A stretch of 48,514 bases of DNA from an uncultured Eubacteriales bacterium (lineage in GTDB: Bacteria > Bacillota > Clostridia > Oscillospirales > CAG-382). The stretch is from assembly GCA_900546385.1 (NCBI GenBank), contig URCT01000002.1, positions 1 to 48,514 of the forward strand. Direction: 5' to 3'. This document shows positions 29,601 through 35,753 of the stretch, in pieces (positions within the stretch are counted from its first letter, which is position 1; every line of letters begins with the position of its first letter). The position numbers and the translations under genes were made by a program. Below the pieces are notes generated by a model, which saw only the letters and a list, made by a program, of their open reading frames with translations, did no database searches and had not been told where the DNA came from.

Positions 29601-30633
29601 AGTAATAGGGGCTTGCGCTTGTCGAACGCACACGCGCAGTTCCTGCCCCGAAAGCCTTGCGCGTGATGGTATAGTCGCACGCCTTGTAGGTCTTGCCGTC
29701 CAAAAACGGCGCATAGCGATACACCGTACCCGAATCAAATTCAAGCTTTGCCGTTACGGTGATACGGTTCACATCGTGCTTGTTCATGTATTCCGAAAGC
29801 TTTCGCGGATTCAAGCTGTATCCGAGAAGCCGTCCGGAGCCGTCGGTCAATTCCTTGGCCGCACCGGACTGCGTGAGTGCCTTGAAATTGACGGCATCCT
29901 TGGCATTGCCCTTCACACCGGTGGCGGAAATCGTCACGGTCGGCGGTGCGGAATAGCCAAAACAGCTGTAAGAAGAGCCGAGAAGCGCGTCATATTGGTC
30001 GGACAAGCGGCCATCGTATTTGTGTTCGGTATACGCATCGCTTTCGGCCGCAGAATCAACGTCCAAATACAGTTCGCCGGTCATTTCGCTGACAAAGTTT
30101 CCGGCATCCTTCAGTTTATGCTCCGGACTGACATAGACGGTATAGGTTGACGGGCAGTTCGTCCCTTTTTCGTTTTCGATCCAGTATCCGTCCTTCTTTC
30201 CCGTACCGCTCGGATACCATCCCTTGCTTGCCGAGCCGAGAACGTAAACATACGCGGAATCCGAGCCTTTGAGCCGCACACCCAAACGGAACCACAAAAA
30301 CTTGAACGCATCCTTGTGCGTGTTCTCAAGCTGTACCTTATCAAGCGTCCACGGCGCACGGGTGGTCGTGAAGGTCGTGGAGGTGAATTTTCCGGTTTTT
30401 TTGGTATTCGGAACGCCGAATTGCTCCTTTTCATTCATATTGAAGAAAAGGTTGCAAAAAACGTGTCCGTTGCCGGTCTTGGAGTTGGTGTCGTCACTGA
30501 TCTGGACTTCGAGAAAATATTCCCACTCCGTCTCACCGGCTGCGTATACGGGCAGCTCGAATACGGCAAGCGAGGAAAGCATGAGAAATGCCAAAATAAA
30601 TGCCGTAATTCGTCTTAGCTTCAAGCCTTTCAT
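23620..30633 (-). CDS. Giant secreted multi-Ig-like-domain protein (2337 aa), no anchor, function unknown
   Basis: Start placed at ATG 30633 (AGGAGGA 8 nt upstream; signal peptide MKGLKLRRITAFILAFLMLSSLAVFELPVYA). N-terminal PLAT-like beta-sandwich. At least 10 modules open with a recurring D-x-x-x-P boundary motif (VDTVEPSV, LDNKPPVV, FDNAAPEI, IDKEGPTV, IDSKAPVI, IDKTPPVL ...). The stop lies 21 nt before the next gene. Confidence 0.85.
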   Translation of the reverse strand: MKGLKLRRITAFILAFLMLSSLAVFELPVYAAGETEWEYFLEVQISDDTNSKTGNGHVFCNLFFNMNEKEQFGVPNTKKTGKFTSTTFTTTRAPWTLDKVQLENTHKDAFKFLWFRLGVRLKGSDSAYVYVLGSASKGWYPSGTGKKDGYWIENEKGTNCPSTYTVYVSPEHKLKDAGNFVSEMTGELYLDVDSAAESDAYTEHKYDGRLSDQYDALLGSSYSCFGYSAPPTVTISATGVKGNAKDAVNFKALTQSGAAKELTDGSGRLLGYSLNPRKLSEYMNKHDVNRITVTAKLEFDSGTVYRYAPFLDGKTYKACDYTITRKAFGAGTARVRSTSASPYYSSRDNYYYNASDSSVPVEIYIKTDGNYGHISSDSLNGARFHYDNAILDLGNTGKTIELGAKDITLDGSKVSLNFPLQKGMTSAGDNLRVRIEGATLVPKDSSVTYRLWDSAAEKMQYASFLSGIKVDTVEPSVTVTATDGKALSGVWRDTLEIKAVSSKLTKTIYSDGTYELFLVNPADGRNEFFLSNGTCTGTSLFLPSGENFATTRKLWLNRTAEGSYTMKLSATDIAGNKLETYIEDVRLDNKPPVVSVTEVRGTKRAADKSLANTYKVSVSDASGTGKFYYCFTPNGVLDEPAFNPDAALEQESGELETTFGKWAFIDQETAEKGASALLKIGAGESYAGRMYYFGIDAFGHKTDVNYLSIQMDNEDTDCKVVYPESTSIPRPSYTISFETNAENTVSWKWIGRGLRSEYRTWTPGDPIGAAEQLDADGNTVLLNGEYYLNYRVTTPSGTTRESHETFVFDNAAPEIGATLVSGGLFDETATIKISASDAAGIASAKAYVVTPDGNTAVGGEYSLDFAGSSASQTVTFTGLPSGRYSLAVAATDIYGNEALLDTENAPEFFIRSAKPAVTGEITGTPAAYNGAPLTGERKYTLNLNVTEDFANGDEGVYQYFYIRTSDDMEAFSEWQNLGRVDYQADKSVYSGAFTLDTPVSALVEGENKLYVQSVISAYGKVPDDSYNSRIVTSEFTIFYDESAPTYRLVFRDEHTADTLTAKLYAYDNLEAGVSVSCEDKSVLPSDETDESGAINVTFTQSGTFELVLSDAAGNTVTVPVTVGGIDKEGPTVSSTAQSVAVGERTDVLLYVSVCGATDENTSFAVVPRSEAKTVFGEETLSLDPTIAKSEIFSADASAFDGETDTTYQIKVAGATGDYVLAVRTADTVGNVTEYVSDAFTVRDAEAFAESFEAAPKTTGARAKVKVKFNVPVKVLPLDSVTENEEDNYDAAKLLATSFSDTFSFIITQNGTYTLYMVDELGRGTKSDITVEDVTFGKLDNIKVYRYTDDVTFSTDSPVADDVYIAANGNSKVAYVPGTGERIVPMDTENNRNNALSLDTELSEGDDTEGYTLLVYSVGMLYDSETWETPSDTERIIDLYSFTAGAERDTWEETIAVATHIDNTQPESTVVSVSPEIATMTDNPILVRTGITATFTVCDPETGLKALYLREFLKVITGNALIREPDPNDPDDEGYMPGPYDFEWGDPLKPDEETVVPFIDKDGNGIDYSETPFEKSYTDADGNVIVTLRVYGDEDIKGTKTLVFEFKDNAICFSVEPENMLGERGYVPAIPGGYPEGIGVYNIRKLPAIGEDDYTLSYEYVDENGKRVKFDPAAAESAAIWYAEAYAILVPSASGENRGLAVTNNGGSFERKLETDDPAFTFELRDAFGDTASVDVSLSHFDIFPGTLSYTLAHTSKTAKPVGITVTATDAQSGVARVALYGKDGKEIPLTYDEADDVYTGEVPVSGTYRLWLLDKAGNKTEKSFTVSNINTVKPKATVSYSVDQSKKSRENVIATLTFDKANTRITAIDPDDSTKLSSITVNYGSSTLRFTENGTVTVYYADEYGNEGDPVLVTVKSIYRVAPSVTVKKLGVNDEKSEVTVGFDKALNAAGVPVDTERELWELTVMYGGIAKRIQTLDKNGKVVDEAAFTFRDNGTYTFKVYDNEGAYAYVTVEISEIDSKAPVIKSFSWSYDYDILENGTWQTKTEAGTIEIGVDTSGTESGYILSTAGKTEADKMPVTNGDVTVTVVTDEPTRTLGSNEEDYTTDAEKVFDDNGMYIFDREKNNRLTDSYAIDVELIDKTPPVLRLASDELVFYENADVGEPFNIELLTKPGTAFSAYDLFRGKTDLSDEVEVIIDPRLNTTDFAANTFDRSIAYTVTYRVSDRAHNVTEAVRTIRLVGMYDTVALVNGRLPDASGRAEVQGDTVSVTLANFAGVSYVRYAAGLKTMGEMKKSGIMLAQSEAGTYDVSGLASGWYTVFIQTDKRDYITLQIYVNH

Positions 30634-30795
30634 GGTGGTGTCCTCCTGTGAAATGATCTGCGGTGTTGGTTTTGTCTGCGGCTGTTTGCGCGGGTGTTTT
30701 TTCGGGAAACCGATGCTAAAAGAACCGCTTTTTGGCTGCGGCGCAAGCCGAAAGAAAACCGCTTTCCGCCTTTTACGCATACGTTCCCGAATTTT

Positions 30796-30813
30796 ATTGG
30801 TTTATATACCAAT
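30796..30813. promoter_or_regulatory. Imperfect 18-bp palindrome abutting the -10 of the giant-operon promoter
   Basis: ATTGGT-TTATAT-ACCAAT lies over the predicted transcription start region. It may be an operator, or just AT-rich promoter-proximal sequence. Confidence 0.3.
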
Positions 30814-30840
30814 TATATCCTACAAAGCGTCGCTTGTCAA
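30812..30840 (-). promoter_or_regulatory. Consensus sigmaA promoter of the giant-protein operon
   Basis: Minus strand reads TTGACA (30835-30840), exactly 17 nt, TATAAT (30812-30817). About 170 nt of leader precede ATG 30633. Confidence 0.8.
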
Positions 30841-30862
30841 GTCATTTAGGAATATTTCTCCA

Positions 30863-30906
30863 TAAAAAACACTGCCGCCGCAAAAATCTTCTTTGCGGCG
30901 GCAGTG
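30863..30906 (-). terminator. Rho-independent terminator after the GH78 pseudogene
   Basis: 15-bp perfect stem CACTGCCGCCGCAAA / TTTGCGGCGGCAGTG with a 7-nt loop, followed on the minus strand by TTTTTTAT. Confidence 0.85.
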
Positions 30907-30926
30907 GCCCGAAAAACGGTTTATAT

Positions 30927-33900
30927 TCAGTTTTCTTCGCAGACGGCCATCACGGCGGCGGCATATGGGTCATCCGCATAAGCCATATCGGCGGCAATCG
31001 CCTTTTTCACCGCACTGCAAACGCTTTCGCGTTTGACCGAGCTGTAATAGGTCACGCCGCCGCAGCGAATGTAGGCACGCAAAGCAAACGGCTCGGTTAA
31101 ATACTCCTTGAGCCGATAGCCGATCCATTCGTCCGTGCCGAATACCGGCGCATCGGCGACGTTAAACATGGTAAATGCACTCGGATCGGCGTTATACGCT
31201 TGGTAAACAAGCGCGATCTTGCCTTTGAGCGGCGTTCCGTCGGCATAGGTAAGGCGTTTGCCGATGCCGTTTGCCGAAGCGATTTCCATGCCGGACACCA
31301 TCGCGCCGTAGCTGTCGGAAATCGTATACAGATTTTCGCCCTTCACATAGTAGCTTCCGTCGATGAGAAGCGGTTTTCCGGCATCCAAAACCGTAAGGTC
31401 GGCAAACCCCGTCGCAAGACCTGCAAAATTGTTGAAATAGATCCGTTCGCCGAGCGACGCGTCAAAGGCGGCAGGTGCTTTTGCATAGGTCTTTTCGGCA
31501 AGCGGCACAAAGGTTTTGCCCTCGATTTGCGCATTTTTCACCGTTTCAAGCGGTTTATAAGTCTCGTTTCCGCAGACCCAAGCCGCAACGGGATCGCCCT
31601 TGTACACAGCCGGAAACGTATACGTTTCGTTTTCAAGCGGCAGCCGTTCGGTCACGCCGTCGTACAGAATCCACAGCACGTCCTTCGAATTGTACACGCC
31701 GATTTCCGCAAATTGCAGGCGGTAAACCGAATCGTTCGTTGAAATTTTGCCGAGCTTGGTCGCATCGATTTTGATATACCGCGCCTTAACGCTGTCAAAG
31801 CGGAAAACAGCCGGCACATGGTAAGGCGCTTCATACCCGGTTTCGGCGACAAGTGTCGTATAAGACGCGCCGTCAGCCGACACGCCGATGGTGAAATCCA
31901 CCGGGAACGCCGGTGTCAGGCCGTCTGCGGCATACGCGTCGGTGCGCGGAAAGAGCTTGATCGCATCAAAATCCATCACAGTTCCTAAATCCAGCACGAT
32001 CCACCGATGCGTATCCGGCGAACCCGTGCCGCTGCTGGCATAGCCGTAGCGGTCGGCGGTGGCAATATAGATGCCGTCGGTCAGATTGGAAAGCTGCCAA
32101 TACGGCGCGGTACCGTCGTTGTCCGTGGCCGTAGCCTTTTTGCCGAGAGCCATGTTGTTGCGGCCGTTGTAGCGGAAGACCGCCGTGAGTGAAACGTCGC
32201 TCTGCGGCGTAAACGTATACGGATTTTCGAAGATTTTTTCGTCTCCGACCGCGAAATGGTCGAGTACATAATCGCTGTCCGCGGCGTACGCCTCCACCGT
32301 AACGCTCTGCCCCTTCGGTAGTGTCACAAGGCTTGCCTTTTGGCCGTTGATCGTGATTTCGCCAAAGCTTTTGCCGTCAAGCGACGTGTCGATCCCGGTA
32401 AAAACGGTCACTGTTTCCGGAAGACGCGCGGTAAACGTATACGTGCCTGCCTGCAAATCAAATGCCGCTTTGCCGTTTTCAAAGCCGCCGTAAACAAGGC
32501 CTTCGATCGATGCAAACGCCGTGCTGCCGTCCGCCGTCACGGCTTTTTCGCTTGCGGCCGGAATATACAGACGCGCCGAGGTGTTCGCCGGAACCGTCAC
32601 GCAATACGTCACGGTTTGTCCGTCGCATGACCAAGTGCTTTCAATGCGGCCATCGACCGAATCATAGGAGGCCTGCAGCGAACCCAAGCGGGCATTCGGC
32701 GCCGGGCTTACTATAAAATGCTTGTAGCCGGGTGCCTTCGGATCGCTTTGAATACCGGCGGCATACGCATACAGCCATTCGGCCACCGAGCCATAGGCAT
32801 AGTGGTTGAAGGAGTTCATACCGATGTTTCCGAAGGTGCCGGTTTCGGCAATATAGGAGTTCCAGCGTTCCCAAATGGTGGTTGCGCCGTTCACAACGCT
32901 GTATAGCCACGACGGATACGATTCGGTAAGTAACAGCTGATACGCGATGTCGTCGCGTCCTGCTTCGGAAAGAGCCGGAAGCAAATGTGCGCAGCCCATC
33001 GTGCCGGTCGATAAATGCATTCCGGCTTTTTCGATGCACGCCACAAGATTTTCCGCCGCTTTCTGCCGAAGCGTTTCGGTCGGCAACAGGTCGAACCGCA
33101 GTGCAAGCGCATACACCGTCTTCGTATCGCCCTTGATTTTGCCGGTAGACTCGTTGACATACGCATTCACGAAGGCCGTGCGGATCTCTTCAAATAACTG
33201 CCGGTACTGCTTCGCCTGCTCGGTTTTTCCGAGAACCTCCGAAATTTTCGCCATGAGCGAGGTGCTGTAGGCATAAAACGCGGTGGCTGTCACATCGCCC
33301 GGCGTGGTCTCCACGGCGAGCCAATCGCCGTAAGCGTCGGCCGGCAGCAAGCGCGCATTTCCGGCCTTTGCGGTGTAATAGCGGATCCAATCCGCCATCA
33401 TGGCATAATTGTCCTCCAGCACCGTCTTGTCCGCATAGGCTTCATACAGTGTCCACGGCAGAATCACGCACGCGTCGCCCCAGCCGCTGTTGCCTTCGCC
33501 GACCGAATGCCCTTGCTTGGGCGCAATGTCGTAAATCGCGCCGGTCGTGCTGTTGCGTGCGGTATCGATGTCACTTATAAACTTGCGCATGAAAGCGTCG
33601 ATATCAAAATTCAAGGCGCCGGTGCGTGCAAAAATCTGCGCATCTCCCGTCCAACCCAGCTGCTGTCGTCAAAGGCCGCCGTATCCCAGCCGGGAAATTC
33701 CTTGCGTGCGTCATACGTTTCGCCGTTTTGGTTGCAGGTCTCGAGATATGGCCCATCCAAACTTGCACGCCACGAGGTATCGGTCACAATCACCTCGCTC
33801 GTGCCGTCGGTATAAGTGATAGCAAGCTTTGCAAGAAACGCTTCATCCGTGCCGTAGCGGTTGACAAGACCGCCGGTGGAAACGTGTCCGGAATACCAGC

Positions 33901-34299
33901 CGTTGCCAACAATCGCGCCGACGGCATTCGCACCGGGCTTGACCATGTCCGTCACGTCGTACACCTGGTACTGCAATCTTGGTATAGTCCGTCCAACCCG
34001 GTGCAAGCTTGTCCGTGCCAACCTTTTTGCCATTGAGATACGCTTCGTAAACGCCCAAAGAGGTGGCATACAAACGCGCCGCGGCAATCGGCTTGGAGGC
34101 CGTGAAGGTCTTGCGGAACATCGGCGCGCTTGTCCGAGCGCATCTGCCAACGAAATTCCGGCTGTCCCATGCCGATGCCGAGCGGCGTTTCTCTTGCATC
34201 GGTCTGCAAATGGCAAACCGACACGGCACCGGCGGCCAAAACGCCGCCAAATGCAACCGCAAGCAAGGTACACATGAATACTTTTTTCAAAAATTTCAT
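30927..34299 (-). pseudogene. Disrupted secreted alpha-L-rhamnosidase (GH78) with C-terminal discoidin/F5-8C-like domain
   Basis: One gene is spread over three frames (track ORFs 33952..34356, 33843..34262, 33611..34273) plus ORF 30927..33614. The pieces in order: signal peptide MKFLKKVFMCTLLAVAFGGVLAAGA and PLGIGMGQPEFRWQM; then APMFRKTFTASKPIAAARLYATSLGVYEAYLNGKKVG...PGWTDYTK; then RLQYQVYDVTDMVKPGANAVGAIVGNGWYSG...GETYDARKEFPGWDTAAFDDSSW; then directly LGWTGDAQIFARTGALNFDIDAFMRKF... and an intact 895-codon tail. Confidence 0.8.
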
Positions 34300-34370
34300 C
34301 CGTTTCTCGTTTCTTTCCAAGAGTTCTTTATCCGTATCATTGCCGGGCTCTGCCAAGGAGTTCTTGTTTC

Positions 34371-34398
34371 ATTATAAAATATACTGCGCGGAAGTAAA
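34371..34398 (-). promoter_or_regulatory. Probable sigmaA promoter of the GH78 pseudogene
   Basis: Minus strand reads TTTACT, 16 nt, TATAAT (34371-34376), about 70 nt upstream of ATG 34299. Confidence 0.45.
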
Positions 34399-34470
34399 TG
34401 TCGAAAAAGCAGGAGTTTTTAACCAAATTTCAGTTTTTGCACATTTTATACGATAAAGCGGCCGTTTTTG

Positions 34471-35325
34471 TCATTCCTCTGCAGAACGCGCTTTGGCCGC
34501 TTTGGGCTTGACACGGCTTTTCTTTGCCTTAGACAGTGTATCTGCCGGATTTTCCAAGCAGTATTTGGTGTAGCGGCGGCTGAAATAGGAAAGGCTGTTG
34601 AAGCCGTATTTTTCCGCTACCTGCGTTGCGGTGTAAATGCCGAGCGAAAGATCCTCCTTTGCTTTACGACAGCGGATGCGTTCGGCATATTCCAAAATGC
34701 TCACGCCGGTCGCCTCCTTAAAACAGCGACAAAGATAGGCTTCGCTGACATTGATTTGTGCGCTGATTTCGCTTGTGGTGATCCCCTTCACGCAGTTTTT
34801 GTAAATATAATCGACCGCAAGACGGGCAATGCGGTGCTTGCCGAGAAGCAGTGCGGACGGCGTGAGGGCGTTTCCGCCGTTATAATTGCGGTAGAGATGG
34901 ATGATGAGTTCATCGGCAAGCGCGTTGAGCATATTGTCGCAAAAAGGCCCTTGTGAGCGGTATTCGTCGTTCATCTTGCGGCAAATGCCGGCAACGGAAG
35001 CATCCTGAAGCACAAAGTTTTCAAAAACGGTCAAAGCCGGAATGCACAGCCGGTCAAACAGCTTGTCCTTATCAATCTCCACGCTGTAATAAAAGCAGTC
35101 ATCCAAAGCCGTCATCCGGGCTTCCTCATGCGCGTTCAGCAAAAAAGTGTCTCCGGCAAACAGCGTTTTTTCCCGGTCGGCGATCCAAACGCGCAAAGTT
35201 CCCTTAACCATGCACGAAACCCGTATATTGCCGAGCGATTCATACGCACCCGTCGCTCCGCTTTTCAAGCCGTTTTCGGCGGTATCTTTTCGTGCGCCGT
35301 CCGGCACACGCGGCGGAAACAGCAT
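34471..35325 (-). CDS. AraC/XylS-family transcriptional regulator
   Basis: Start moved to ATG 35325 (GGAGGA 5 nt upstream; the track start at 35343 is a TTG). Cupin-like N-terminal part and a C-terminal double HTH (ITTSEISAQINVSEAYLCRCFKEATGVSILEYAERIR...FNSLSYFSRRYTKYCLENP). Confidence 0.9.
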   Translation of the reverse strand: MLFPPRVPDGARKDTAENGLKSGATGAYESLGNIRVSCMVKGTLRVWIADREKTLFAGDTFLLNAHEEARMTALDDCFYYSVEIDKDKLFDRLCIPALTVFENFVLQDASVAGICRKMNDEYRSQGPFCDNMLNALADELIIHLYRNYNGGNALTPSALLLGKHRIARLAVDYIYKNCVKGITTSEISAQINVSEAYLCRCFKEATGVSILEYAERIRCRKAKEDLSLGIYTATQVAEKYGFNSLSYFSRRYTKYCLENPADTLSKAKKSRVKPKAAKARSAEE

Positions 35326-35384
35326 ACCATTCCTCCATGTCAAAATTGTTCAATCCCGATTGTTTGAAATCCTCTTTCTTCTTC

Positions 35385-35412
35385 ATTATACATCAACTGC
35401 CCGGAAAATCAA
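35385..35412 (-). promoter_or_regulatory. Probable sigmaA promoter of AraC 34471..35325
   Basis: Minus strand reads TTGATT (35407-35412), 16 nt, TATAAT (35385-35390). Confidence 0.55.
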
Positions 35413-35467
35413 TGCGATGTCAAAATAATCCAAATTAAAGATAAAATCATGAAAATTACCGACAAAT

Positions 35468-35508
35468 GCGAAAAGACGCACGCCCGGCAAAAATCCGAAC
35501 GTGCGTCT
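35468..35508 (-). terminator. Rho-independent terminator downstream of GH127
   Basis: 9-bp stem AGACGCACG / CGTGCGTCT with a 17-nt loop, followed on the minus strand by TTTTCGC. Confidence 0.6.
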
Positions 35509-35753
35509 CAAGCGACGGCAAAAGCTTCTCTTTGTGACTGACAACCCTTCCGACACGCTCCGCGTGCCACCTTCCCTTACACAGGGAAGGCAACTGTCGC
35601 CGCAGTCGTGGCAATAAAGCGCTGGTTGCAGGGCACTTTTGCGGCACACCTAACAAAAGCTGTTTCTCGTCCTGCAAATTCCGTCTCCTCAATTTTCAAC
35701 TTTCAATTGTCAATTTTCCATTTGCTTCGCTGCCTGTCATTTTTACAAAAATC
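35509..35753 (-). other. Helix-rich non-coding stretch (structured 3' UTR or unclassified small RNA)
   Basis: No credible ORF. Nested helices TTGCAGG (35626-35632)/CCTGCAA (35671-35677) and CTTTTG (35636-35641)/CAAAAG (35654-35659). A three-way junction is formed by TGCCAC (35565-35570)/GTGGCA (35608-35613), enclosing hairpins CTTCCCT/AGGGAAG and ACTG/CAGT. Strand not determinable from helices alone. Confidence 0.3.

Noticed and set aside
30634-30780. In-frame 49-codon N-terminal extension of giant protein 1 (track start ATG 30780)
   Set aside because: The extension is highly basic and would bury the signal peptide. ATG 30780 has only a weak GGGAAC upstream, whereas ATG 30633 has AGGAGGA at ideal spacing and starts a canonical signal peptide. 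Treated as leader RNA that happens to be open.
33611-34356. Three overlapping track ORFs (33611..34273, 33843..34262, 33952..34356) as separate genes
   Set aside because: Each contains a consecutive piece of one GH78 N-terminal region. They are fragments of a single frameshifted gene, not independent CDSs.
35560-35571. T-box-like sequence (minus strand GGTGGCACGCGG) upstream of a terminator hairpin
   Set aside because: It differs from the T-box core (GGTGGnACCGCG) and lies ~60 nt from the terminator rather than overlapping its 5' arm. I found no specifier-loop or K-turn features. The promoter of the downstream AraC gene lies after the terminator, so no gene could be controlled.
35456-35692. 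78-aa minus-strand ORF (TTG start after GAGGAG) in the GH127-AraC gap
   Set aside because: It is an Arg-rich, implausible sequence that reads straight through the terminator stem-loop, and it has a non-ATG start. It is more likely a by-product of GC-rich structured RNA.
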